DNA of 56,701 nucleotides from assembly GCA_964019425.1 (NCBI GenBank), contig OZ025789.1:1488001-1544701 (forward strand), given 5' to 3'. Origin of the DNA: Flectonema sp. DT1601 (taxonomy: Eukaryota). The notes under the pieces were generated by a model. That model was given only the letters and a program-made list of their open reading frames with translations, ran no database searches and had not been told where the DNA came from. Of this stretch, positions 43,727 to 56,701 are shown one piece after another. Position 1 is the first letter of the stretch. Each line of letters begins with the position of its first letter. Position numbers and translations under genes: made by a program.

Positions 43727-46700
43727 GCAAACCCGCGAACCCGCAAACCCGCAAACCCGCAAACCCGCAAACCCGCAAACCCGCAAACCCGCAAACCCGC
43801 AAACCCGCAAACCCGCAAACCCGCAAACCCGCAAACCCGCAAACCCGCAAACCCGCAAACCCGCAAACCCGCAAACCCGCAAACCCGCAAACCCGCAAAC
43901 CCGCAAACCCGCAAACCCGCAAACCCGCAAACCCGCAAACCCGCAAACCCGCAAACCCGCAAACCCGCAAACCCGCAAACCCGCAAACCCGCAAACCCGC
44001 AAACCCGCAAACCCGCAAACCCGCAAACCCGCAAACCCGCAAACCCGCAAACCCGCAAACCCGCAAACCCGCAAACCCGCAAACCCGCAAACCCGCAAAC
44101 CCGCAAACCCGCAAACCCGCAAACCCGCAAACCCGCAAACCCGCAAACCCGCAAACCCGCAAACCCGCAAACCCGCAAACCCGCAAACCCGCAAACCCGC
44201 AAACCCGCAAACCCGCAAACCCGCAAACCCGCAAACCCGCAAACCCGCAAACCCGCAAACCCGCAAACCCGCAAACCCGCAAACCCGCAAACCCGCAAAC
44301 CCGCAAACCCGCAAACCCGCAAACCCGCAAACCCGCAAACCCGCAAACCCGCAAACCCGCAAACCCGCAAACCCGCAAACCCGCAAACCCGCAAACCCGC
44401 AAACCCGCAAACCCGCAAACCCGCAAACCCGCAAACCCGCAAACCCGCAAACCCGCAAACCCGCAAACCCGCAAACCCGCAAACCCGCAAACCCGCAAAC
44501 CCGCAAACCCGCAAACCCGCAAACCCGCAAACCCGCAAACCCGCAAACCCGCAAACCCGCAAACCCGCAAACCCGCAAACCCGCAAACCCGCAAACCCGC
44601 AAACCCGCAAACCCGCAAACCCGCAAACCCGCAAACCCGCAAACCCGCAAACCCGCAAACCCGCAAACCCGCAAACCCGCAAACCCGCAAACCCGCAAAC
44701 CCGCAAACCCGCAAACCCGCAAACCCGCAAACCCGCAAACCCGCAAACCCGCAAACCCGCAAACCCGCAAACCCGCAAACCCGCAAACCCGCAAACCCGC
44801 AAACCCGCAAACCCGCAAACCCGCAAACCCGCAAACCCGCAAACCCGCAAACCCGCAAACCCGCAAACCCGCAAACCCGCAAACCCGCAAACCCGCAAAC
44901 CCGCAAACCCGCAAACCCGCAAACCCGCAAACCCGCAAACCCGCAAACCCGCAAACCCGCAAACCCGCAAACCCGCAAACCCGCAAACCCGCAAACCCGC
45001 AAACCCGCAAACCCGCAAACCCGCAAACCCGCAAACCCGCAAACCCGCAAACCCGCAAACCCGCAAACCCGCAAACCCGCAAACCCGCAAACCCGCAAAC
45101 CCGCAAACCCGCAAACCCGCAAACCCGCAAACCCGCAAACCCGCAAACCCGCAAACCCGCAAACCCGCAAACCCGCAAACCCGCAAACCCGCAAACCCGC
45201 AAACCCGCAAACCCGCAAACCCGCAAACCCGCAAACCCGCAAACCCGCAAACCCGCAAACCCGCAAACCCGCAAACCCGCAAACCCGCAAACCCGCAAAC
45301 CCGCAAACCCGCAAACCCGCAAACCCGCAAACCCGCAAACCCGCAAACCCGCAAACCCGCAAACCCGCAAACCCGCAAACCCGCAAACCCGCAAACCCGC
45401 AAACCCGCAAACCCGCAAACCCGCAAACCCGCAAACCCGCAAACCCGCAAACCCGCAAACCCGCAAACCCGCAAACCCGCAAACCCGCAAACCCGCAAAC
45501 CCGCAAACCCGCAAACCCGCAAACCCGCAAACCCGCAAACCCGCAAACCCGCAAACCCGCAAACCCGCAAACCCGCAAACCCGCAAACCCGCAAACCCGC
45601 AAACCCGCAAACCCGCAAACCCGCAAACCCGCAAACCCGCAAACCCGCAAACCCGCAAACCCGCAAACCCGCAAACCCGCAAACCCGCAAACCCGCAAAC
45701 CCGCAAACCCGCAAACCCGCAAACCCGCAAACCCGCAAACCCGCAAACCCGCAAACCCGCAAACCCGCAAACCCGCAAACCCGCAAACCCGCAAACCCGC
45801 AAACCCGCAAACCCGCAAACCCGCAAACCCGCAAACCCGCAAACCCGCAAACCCGCAAACCCGCAAACCCGCAAACCCGCAAACCCGCAAACCCGCAAAC
45901 CCGCAAACCCGCAAACCCGCAAACCCGCAAACCCGCAAACCCGCAAACCCGCAAACCCGCAAACCCGCAAACCCGCAAACCCGCAAACCCGCAAACCCGC
46001 AAACCCGCAAACCCGCAAACCCGCAAACCCGCAAACCCGCAAACCCGCAAACCCGCAAACCCGCAAACCCGCAAACCCGCAAACCCGCAAACCCGCAAAC
46101 CCGCAAACCCGCAAACCCGCAAACCCGCAAACCCGCAAACCCGCAAACCCGCAAACCCGCAAACCCGCAAACCCGCAAACCCGCAAACCCGCAAACCCGC
46201 AAACCCGCAAACCCGCAAACCCGCAAACCCGCAAACCCGCAAACCCGCAAACCCGCAAACCCGCAAACCCGCAAACCCGCAAACCCGCAAACCCGCAAAC
46301 CCGCAAACCCGCAAACCCGCAAACCCGCAAACCCGCAAACCCGCAAACCCGCAAACCCGCAAACCCGCAAACCCGCAAACCCGCAAACCCGCAAACCCGC
46401 AAACCCGCAAACCCGCAAACCCGCAAACCCGCAAACCCGCAAACCCGCAAACCCGCAAACCCGCAAACCCGCAAACCCGCAAACCCGCAAACCCGCAAAC
46501 CCGCAAACCCGCAAACCCGCAAACCCGCAAACCCGCAAACCCGCAAACCCGCAAACCCGCAAACCCGCAAACCCGCAAACCCGCAAACCCGCAAACCCGC
46601 AAACCCGCAAACCCGCAAACCCGCAAACCCGCAAACCCGCAAACCCGCAAACCCGCAAACCCGCAAACCCGCAAACCCGCAAACCCGCAAACCCGCAAAC

Positions 46701-49700
46701 CCGCAAACCCGCAAACCCGCAAACCCGCAAACCCGCAAACCCGCAAACCCGCAAACCCGCAAACCCGCAAACCCGCAAACCCGCAAACCCGCAAACCCGC
46801 AAACCCGCAAACCCGCAAACCCGCAAACCCGCAAACCCGCAAACCCGCAAACCCGCAAACCCGCAAACCCGCAAACCCGCAAACCCGCAAACCCGCAAAC
46901 CCGCAAACCCGCAAACCCGCAAACCCGCAAACCCGCAAACCCGCAAACCCGCAAACCCGCAAACCCGCAAACCCGCAAACCCGCAAACCCGCAAACCCGC
47001 AAACCCGCAAACCCGCAAACCCGCAAACCCGCAAACCCGCAAACCCGCAAACCCGCAAACCCGCAAACCCGCAAACCCGCAAACCCGCAAACCCGCAAAC
47101 CCGCAAACCCGCAAACCCGCAAACCCGCAAACCCGCAAACCCGCAAACCCGCAAACCCGCAAACCCGCAAACCCGCAAACCCGCAAACCCGCAAACCCGC
47201 AAACCCGCAAACCCGCAAACCCGCAAACCCGCAAACCCGCAAACCCGCAAACCCGCAAACCCGCAAACCCGCAAACCCGCAAACCCGCAAACCCGCAAAC
47301 CCGCAAACCCGCAAACCCGCAAACCCGCAAACCCGCAAACCCGCAAACCCGCAAACCCGCAAACCCGCAAACCCGCAAACCCGCAAACCCGCAAACCCGC
47401 AAACCCGCAAACCCGCAAACCCGCAAACCCGCAAACCCGCAAACCCGCAAACCCGCAAACCCGCAAACCCGCAAACCCGCAAACCCGCAAACCCGCAAAC
47501 CCGCAAACCCGCAAACCCGCAAACCCGCAAACCCGCAAACCCGCAAACCCGCAAACCCGCAAACCCGCAAACCCGCAAACCCGCAAACCCGCAAACCCGC
47601 AAACCCGCAAACCCGCAAACCCGCAAACCCGCAAACCCGCAAACCCGCAAACCCGCAAACCCGCAAACCCGCAAACCCGCAAACCCGCAAACCCGCAAAC
47701 CCGCAAACCCGCAAACCCGCAAACCCGCAAACCCGCAAACCCGCAAACCCGCAAACCCGCAAACCCGCAAACCCGCAAACCCGCAAACCCGCAAACCCGC
47801 AAACCCGCAAACCCGCAAACCCGCAAACCCGCAAACCCGCAAACCCGCAAACCCGCAAACCCGCAAACCCGCAAACCCGCAAACCCGCAAACCCGCAAAC
47901 CCGCAAACCCGCAAACCCGCAAACCCGCAAACCCGCAAACCCGCAAACCCGCAAACCCGCAAACCCGCAAACCCGCAAACCCGCAAACCCGCAAACCCGC
48001 AAACCCGCAAACCCGCAAACCCGCAAACCCGCAAACCCGCAAACCCGCAAACCCGCAAACCCGCAAACCCGCAAACCCGCAAACCCGCAAACCCGCAAAC
48101 CCGCAAACCCGCAAACCCGCAAACCCGCAAACCCGCAAACCCGCAAACCCGCAAACCCGCAAACCCGCAAACCCGCAAACCCGCAAACCCGCAAACCCGC
48201 AAACCCGCAAACCCGCAAACCCGCAAACCCGCAAACCCGCAAACCCGCAAACCCGCAAACCCGCAAACCCGCAAACCCGCAAACCCGCAAACCCGCAAAC
48301 CCGCAAACCCGCAAACCCGCAAACCCGCAAACCCGCAAACCCGCAAACCCGCAAACCCGCAAACCCGCAAACCCGCAAACCCGCAAACCCGCAAACCCGC
48401 AAACCCGCAAACCCGCAAACCCGCAAACCCGCAAACCCGCAAACCCGCAAACCCGCAAACCCGCAAACCCGCAAACCCGCAAACCCGCAAACCCGCAAAC
48501 CCGCAAACCCGCAAACCCGCAAACCCGCAAACCCGCAAACCCGCAAACCCGCAAACCCGCAAACCCGCAAACCCGCAAACCCGCAAACCCGCAAACCCGC
48601 AAACCCGCAAACCCGCAAACCCGCAAACCCGCAAACCCGCAAACCCGCAAACCCGCAAACCCGCAAACCCGCAAACCCGCAAACCCGCAAACCCGCAAAC
48701 CCGCAAACCCGCAAACCCGCAAACCCGCAAACCCGCAAACCCGCAAACCCGCAAACCCGCAAACCCGCAAACCCGCAAACCCGCAAACCCGCAAACCCGC
48801 AAACCCGCAAACCCGCAAACCCGCAAACCCGCAAACCCGCAAACCCGCAAACCCGCAAACCCGCAAACCCGCAAACCCGCAAACCCGCAAACCCGCAAAC
48901 CCGCAAACCCGCAAACCCGCAAACCCGCAAACCCGCAAACCCGCAAACCCGCAAACCCGCAAACCCGCAAACCCGCAAACCCGCAAACCCGCAAACCCGC
49001 AAACCCGCAAACCCGCAAACCCGCAAACCCGCAAACCCGCAAACCCGCAAACCCGCAAACCCGCAAACCCGCAAACCCGCAAACCCGCAAACCCGCAAAC
49101 CCGCAAACCCGCAAACCCGCAAACCCGCAAACCCGCAAACCCGCAAACCCGCAAACCCGCAAACCCGCAAACCCGCAAACCCGCAAACCCGCAAACCCGC
49201 AAACCCGCAAACCCGCAAACCCGCAAACCCGCAAACCCGCAAACCCGCAAACCCGCAAACCCGCAAACCCGCAAACCCGCAAACCCGCAAACCCGCAAAC
49301 CCGCAAACCCGCAAACCCGCAAACCCGCAAACCCGCAAACCCGCAAACCCGCAAACCCGCAAACCCGCAAACCCGCAAACCCGCAAACCCGCAAACCCGC
49401 AAACCCGCAAACCCGCAAACCCGCAAACCCGCAAACCCGCAAACCCGCAAACCCGCAAACCCGCAAACCCGCAAACCCGCAAACCCGCAAACCCGCAAAC
49501 CCGCAAACCCGCAAACCCGCAAACCCGCAAACCCGCAAACCCGCAAACCCGCAAACCCGCAAACCCGCAAACCCGCAAACCCGCAAACCCGCAAACCCGC
49601 AAACCCGCAAACCCGCAAACCCGCAAACCCGCAAACCCGCAAACCCGCAAACCCGCAAACCCGCAAACCCGCAAACCCGCAAACCCGCAAACCCGCAAAC

Positions 49701-52700
49701 CCGCAAACCCGCAAACCCGCAAACCCGCAAACCCGCAAACCCGCAAACCCGCAAACCCGCAAACCCGCAAACCCGCAAACCCGCAAACCCGCAAACCCGC
49801 AAACCCGCAAACCCGCAAACCCGCAAACCCGCAAACCCGCAAACCCGCAAACCCGCAAACCCGCAAACCCGCAAACCCGCAAACCCGCAAACCCGCAAAC
49901 CCGCAAACCCGCAAACCCGCAAACCCGCAAACCCGCAAACCCGCAAACCCGCAAACCCGCAAACCCGCAAACCCGCAAACCCGCAAACCCGCAAACCCGC
50001 AAACCCGCAAACCCGCAAACCCGCAAACCCGCAAACCCGCAAACCCGCAAACCCGCAAACCCGCAAACCCGCAAACCCGCAAACCCGCAAACCCGCAAAC
50101 CCGCAAACCCGCAAACCCGCAAACCCGCAAACCCGCAAACCCGCAAACCCGCAAACCCGCAAACCCGCAAACCCGCAAACCCGCAAACCCGCAAACCCGA
50201 AACCCGCAAACCCGCAAACCCGCAAACCCGCAAACCCGCAAACCCGCAAACCCGCAAACCCGCAAACCCGCAAACCCGCAAACCCGCAAACCCGCAAACC
50301 CGCAAACCCGCAAACCCGCAAACCCGCAAACCCGCAAACCCGCAAACCCGCAAACCCGCAAACCCGCAAACCCGCAAACCCGCAAACCCGCAAACCCGCA
50401 AACCCGCAAACCCGCAAACCCGCAAACCCGCAAACCCGCAAACCCGCAAACCCGCAAACCCGCAAACCCGCAAACCCGCAAACCCGCAAACCCGCAAACC
50501 CGCAAACCCGCAAACCCGCAAACCCGCAAACCCGCAAACCCGCAAACCCGCAAACCCGCAAACCCGCAAACCCGCAAACCCGCAAACCCGCAAACCCGCA
50601 AACCCGCAAACCCGCAAACCCGCAAACCCGCAAACCCGCAAACCCGCAAACCCGCAAACCCGCAAACCCGCAAACCCGCAAACCCGCAAACCCGCAAACC
50701 CGCAAACCCGCAAACCCGCAAACCCGCAAACCCGCAAACCCGCAAACCCGCAAACCCGCAAACCCGCAAACCCGCAAACCCGCAAACCCGCAAACCCGCA
50801 AACCCGCAAACCCGCAAACCCGCAAACCCGCAAACCCGCAAACCCGCAAACCCGCAAACCCGCAAACCCGCAAACCCGCAAACCCGCAAACCCGCAAACC
50901 CGCAAACCCGCAAACCCGCAAACCCGCAAACCCGCAAACCCGCAAACCCGCAAACCCGCAAACCCGCAAACCCGCAAACCCGCAAACCCGCAAACCCGCA
51001 AACCCGCAAACCCGCAAACCCGCAAACCCGCAAACCCGCAAACCCGCAAACCCGCAAACCCGCAAACCCGCAAACCCGCAAACCCGCAAACCCGCAAACC
51101 CGCAAACCCGCAAACCCGCAAACCCGCAAACCCGCAAACCCGCAAACCCGCAAACCCGCAAACCCGCAAACCCGCAAACCCGCAAACCCGCAAACCCGCA
51201 AACCCGCAAACCCGCAAACCCGCAAACCCGCAAACCCGCAAACCCGCAAACCCGCAAACCCGCAAACCCGCAAACCCGCAAACCCGCAAACCCGCAAACC
51301 CGCAAACCCGCAAACCCGCAAACCCGCAAACCCGCAAACCCGCAAACCCGCAAACCCGCAAACCCGCAAACCCGCAAACCCGCAAACCCGCAAACCCGCA
51401 AACCCGCAAACCCGCAAACCCGCAAACCCGCAAACCCGCAAACCCGCAAACCCGCAAACCCGCAAACCCGCAAACCCGCAAACCCGCAAACCCGCAAACC
51501 CGCAAACCCGCAAACCCGCAAACCCGCAAACCCGCAAACCCGCAAACCCGCAAACCCGCAAACCCGCAAACCCGCAAACCCGCAAACCCGCAAACCCGCA
51601 AACCCGCAAACCCGCAAACCCGCAAACCCGCAAACCCGCAAACCCGCAAACCCGCAAACCCGCAAACCCGCAAACCCGCAAACCCGCAAACCCGCAAACC
51701 CGCAAACCCGCAAACCCGCAAACCCGCAAACCCGCAAACCCGCAAACCCGCAAACCCGCAAACCCGCAAACCCGCAAACCCGCAAACCCGCAAACCCGCA
51801 AACCCGCAAACCCGCAAACCCGCAAACCCGCAAACCCGCAAACCCGCAAACCCGCAAACCCGCAAACCCGCAAACCCGCAAACCCGCAAACCCGCAAACC
51901 CGCAAACCCGCAAACCCGCAAACCCGCAAACCCGCAAACCCGCAAACCCGCAAACCCGCAAACCCGCAAACCCGCAAACCCGCAAACCCGCAAACCCGCA
52001 AACCCGCAAACCCGCAAACCCGCAAACCCGCAAACCCGCAAACCCGCAAACCCGCAAACCCGCAAACCCGCAAACCCGCAAACCCGCAAACCCGCAAACC
52101 CGCAAACCCGCAAACCCGCAAACCCGCAAACCCGCAAACCCGCAAACCCGCAAACCCGCAAACCCGCAAACCCGCAAACCCGCAAACCCGCAAACCCGCA
52201 AACCCGCAAACCCGCAAACCCGCAAACCCGCAAACCCGCAAACCCGCAAACCCGCAAACCCGCAAACCCGCAAACCCGCAAACCCGCAAACCCGCAAACC
52301 CGCAAACCCGCAAACCCGCAAACCCGCAAACCCGCAAACCCGCAAACCCGCAAACCCGCAAACCCGCAAACCCGCAAACCCGCAAACCCGCAAACCCGCA
52401 AACCCGCAAACCCGCAAACCCGCAAACCCGCAAACCCGCAAACCCGCAAACCCGCAAACCCGCAAACCCGCAAACCCGCAAACCCGCAAACCCGCAAACC
52501 CGCAAACCCGCAAACCCGCAAACCCGCAAACCCGCAAACCCGCAAACCCGCAAACCCGCAAACCCGCAAACCCGCAAACCCGCAAACCCGCAAACCCGCA
52601 AACCCGCAAACCCGCAAACCCGCAAACCCGCAAACCCGCAAACCCGCAAACCCGCAAACCCGCAAACCCGCAAACCCGCAAACCCGCAAACCCGCAAACC

Positions 52701-55700
52701 CGCAAACCCGCAAACCCGCAAACCCGCAAACCCGCAAACCCGCAAACCCGCAAACCCGCAAACCCGCAAACCCGCAAACCCGCAAACCCGCAAACCCGCA
52801 AACCCGCAAACCCGCAAACCCGCAAACCCGCAAACCCGCAAACCCGCAAACCCGCAAACCCGCAAACCCGCAAACCCGCAAACCCGCAAACCCGCAAACC
52901 CGCAAACCCGCAAACCCGCAAACCCGCAAACCCGCAAACCCGCAAACCCGCAAACCCGCAAACCCGCAAACCCGCAAACCCGCAAACCCGCAAACCCGCA
53001 AACCCGCAAACCCGCAAACCCGCAAACCCGCAAACCCGCAAACCCGCAAACCCGCAAACCCGCAAACCCGCAAACCCGCAAACCCGCAAACCCGCAAACC
53101 CGCAAACCCGCAAACCCGCAAACCCGCAAACCCGCAAACCCGCAAACCCGCAAACCCGCAAACCCGCAAACCCGCAAACCCGCAAACCCGCAAACCCGCA
53201 AACCCGCAAACCCGCAAACCCGCAAACCCGCAAACCCGCAAACCCGCAAACCCGCAAACCCGCAAACCCGCAAACCCGCAAACCCGCAAACCCGCAAACC
53301 CGCAAACCCGCAAACCCGCAAACCCGCAAACCCGCAAACCCGCAAACCCGCAAACCCGCAAACCCGCAAACCCGCAAACCCGCAAACCCGCAAACCCGCA
53401 AACCCGCAAACCCGCAAACCCGCAAACCCGCAAACCCGCAAACCCGCAAACCCGCAAACCCGCAAACCCGCAAACCCGCAAACCCGCAAACCCGCAAACC
53501 CGCAAACCCGCAAACCCGCAAACCCGCAAACCCGCAAACCCGCAAACCCGCAAACCCGCAAACCCGCAAACCCGCAAACCCGCAAACCCGCAAACCCGCA
53601 AACCCGCAAACCCGCAAACCCGCAAACCCGCAAACCCGCAAACCCGCAAACCCGCAAACCCGCAAACCCGCAAACCCGCAAACCCGCAAACCCGCAAACC
53701 CGCAAACCCGCAAACCCGCAAACCCGCAAACCCGCAAACCCGCAAACCCGCAAACCCGCAAACCCGCAAACCCGCAAACCCGCAAACCCGCAAACCCGCA
53801 AACCCGCAAACCCGCAAACCCGCAAACCCGCAAACCCGCAAACCCGCAAACCCGCAAACCCGCAAACCCGCAAACCCGCAAACCCGCAAACCCGCAAACC
53901 CGCAAACCCGCAAACCCGCAAACCCGCAAACCCGCAAACCCGCAAACCCGCAAACCCGCAAACCCGCAAACCCGCAAACCCGCAAACCCGCAAACCCGCA
54001 AACCCGCAAACCCGCAAACCCGCAAACCCGCAAACCCGCAAACCCGCAAACCCGCAAACCCGCAAACCCGCAAACCCGCAAACCCGCAAACCCGCAAACC
54101 CGCAAACCCGCAAACCCGCAAACCCGCAAACCCGCAAACCCGCAAACCCGCAAACCCGCAAACCCGCAAACCCGCAAACCCGCAAACCCGCAAACCCGCA
54201 AACCCGCAAACCCGCAAACCCGCAAACCCGCAAACCCGCAAACCCGCAAACCCGCAAACCCGCAAACCCGCAAACCCGCAAACCCGCAAACCCGCAAACC
54301 CGCAAACCCGCAAACCCGCAAACCCGCAAACCCGCAAACCCGCAAACCCGCAAACCCGCAAACCCGCAAACCCGCAAACCCGCAAACCCGCAAACCCGCA
54401 AACCCGCAAACCCGCAAACCCGCAAACCCGCAAACCCGCAAACCCGCAAACCCGCAAACCCGCAAACCCGCAAACCCGCAAACCCGCAAACCCGCAAACC
54501 CGCAAACCCGCAAACCCGCAAACCCGCAAACCCGCAAACCCGCAAACCCGCAAACCCGCAAACCCGCAAACCCGCAAACCCGCAAACCCGCAAACCCGCA
54601 AACCCGCAAACCCGCAAACCCGCAAACCCGCAAACCCGCAAACCCGCAAACCCGCAAACCCGCAAACCCGCAAACCCGCAAACCCGCAAACCCGCAAACC
54701 CGCAAACCCGCAAACCCGCAAACCCGCAAACCCGCAAACCCGCAAACCCGCAAACCCGCAAACCCGCAAACCCGCAAACCCGCAAACCCGCAAACCCGCA
54801 AACCCGCAAACCCGCAAACCCGCAAACCCGCAAACCCGCAAACCCGCAAACCCGCAAACCCGCAAACCCGCAAACCCGCAAACCCGCAAACCCGCAAACC
54901 CGCAAACCCGCAAACCCGCAAACCCGCAAACCCGCAAACCCGCAAACCCGCAAACCCGCAAACCCGCAAACCCGCAAACCCGCAAACCCGCAAACCCGCA
55001 AACCCGCAAACCCGCAAACCCGCAAACCCGCAAACCCGCAAACCCGCAAACCCGCAAACCCGCAAACCCGCAAACCCGCAAACCCGCAAACCCGCAAACC
55101 CGCAAACCCGCAAACCCGCAAACCCGCAAACCCGCAAACCCGCAAACCCGCAAACCCGCAAACCCGCAAACCCGCAAACCCGCAAACCCGCAAACCCGCA
55201 AACCCGCAAACCCGCAAACCCGCAAACCCGCAAACCCGCAAACCCGCAAACCCGCAAACCCGCAAACCCGCAAACCCGCAAACCCGCAAACCCGCAAACC
55301 CGCAAACCCGCAAACCCGCAAACCCGCAAACCCGCAAACCCGCAAACCCGCAAACCCGCAAACCCGCAAACCCGCAAACCCGCAAACCCGCAAACCCGCA
55401 AACCCGCAAACCCGCAAACCCGCAAACCCGCAAACCCGCAAACCCGCAAACCCGCAAACCCGCAAACCCGCAAACCCGCAAACCCGCAAACCCGCAAACC
55501 CGCAAACCCGCAAACCCGCAAACCCGCAAACCCGCAAACCCGCAAACCCGCAAACCCGCAAACCCGCAAACCCGCAAACCCGCAAACCCGCAAACCCGCA
55601 AACCCGCAAACCCGCAAACCCGCAAACCCGCAAACCCGCAAACCCGCAAACCCGCAAACCCGCAAACCCGCAAACCCGCAAACCCGCAAACCCGCAAACC

Positions 55701-56701
55701 CGCAAACCCGCAAACCCGCAAACCCGCAAACCCGCAAACCCGCAAACCCGCAAACCCGCAAACCCGCAAACCCGCAAACCCGCAAACCCGCAAACCCGCA
55801 AACCCGCAAACCCGCAAACCCGCAAACCCGCAAACCCGCAAACCCGCAAACCCGCAAACCCGCAAACCCGCAAACCCGCAAACCCGCAAACCCGCAAACC
55901 CGCAAACCCGCAAACCCGCAAACCCGCAAACCCGCAAACCCGCAAACCCGCAAACCCGCAAACCCGCAAACCCGCAAACCCGCAAACCCGCAAACCCGCA
56001 AACCCGCAAACCCGCAAACCCGCAAACCCGCAAACCCGCAAACCCGCAAACCCGCAAACCCGCAAACCCGCAAACCCGCAAACCCGCAAACCCGCAAACC
56101 CGCAAACCCGCAAACCCGCAAACCCGCAAACCCGCAAACCCGCAAACCCGCAAACCCGCAAACCCGCAAACCCGCAAACCCGCAAACCCGCAAACCCGCA
56201 AACCCGCAAACCCGCAAACCCGCAAACCCGCAAACCCGCAAACCCGCAAACCCGCAAACCCGCAAACCCGCAAACCCGCAAACCCGCAAACCCGCAAACC
56301 CGCAAACCCGCAAACCCGCAAACCCGCAAACCCGCAAACCCGCAAACCCGCAAACCCGCAAACCCGCAAACCCGCAAACCCGCAAACCCGCAAACCCGCA
56401 AACCCGCAAACCCGCAAACCCGCAAACCCGCAAACCCGCAAACCCGCAAACCCGCAAACCCGCAAACCCGCAAACCCGCAAACCCGCAAACCCGCAAACC
56501 CGCAAACCCGCAAACCCGCAAACCCGCAAACCCGCAAACCCGCAAACCCGCAAACCCGCAAACCCGCAAACCCGCAAACCCGCAAACCCGCAAACCCGCA
56601 AACCCGCAAACCCGCAAACCCGCAAACCCGCAAACCCGCAAACCCGCAAACCCGCAAACCCGCAAACCCGCAAACCCGCAAACCCGCAAACCCGCAAACC
56701 C
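43721..56701. repeat. (AAACCCGC)n / (GCGGGTTT)n 8-mer tandem array, ~1,620 units, running to the window end
   Basis: Near-perfect array; variants seen only at the first (AAACCTGC) and third (GAACCCGC) units and one 7-mer at ~50193-50199. Confidence 0.98.

Noticed and set aside
43686..56697. Three ~4330-aa ORFs (RVCGFAGL)n on the - strand
   Set aside because: Artefact of a stop-free 8-mer repeat; all three frames give the same peptide.

Overview
Eukaryotic nuclear DNA, most likely a diplonemid-like euglenozoan. This is an inference from all host genes being co-oriented on +, GT-AG introns, pyrimidine+AG acceptors just before start codons, and a TATE/VIPER-like RT relic. 0.2-19.5 kb is a + strand gene array: a 5-exon ankyrin protein whose 3-kb first intron holds two tRNA-Ala genes and retroelement debris, a hypothetical protein, NAPRT, a NagB-like::NagA fusion ending in SKL, a TM/SPRY-like protein, a PP4R1-like HEAT protein, a vWA-like protein and a PPPDE peptidase. 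19.8-22.3 kb contains piggyBac relics. 23.2-43.7 kb is a nest of non-LTR retrotransposons piled up immediately upstream of three tRNA-Leu(CAA) genes. An intact two-ORF LINE ('A', AUGA overlap) sits with a 7-bp TSD inside the start of ORF1 of a second LINE ('B'). The ORF2 of B has no AUG ahead of its endonuclease N-terminus and follows an in-frame UGA plus a 2A StopGo peptide. Both RTs carry a large insertion between motifs 6 and 7. The window ends in ~13 kb of near-perfect (AAACCCGC)n joined by microhomology to a 3'-truncated LINE-A, with the C-rich strand running outward, opposite to a normal telomere. Family labels A-D are my own working names.
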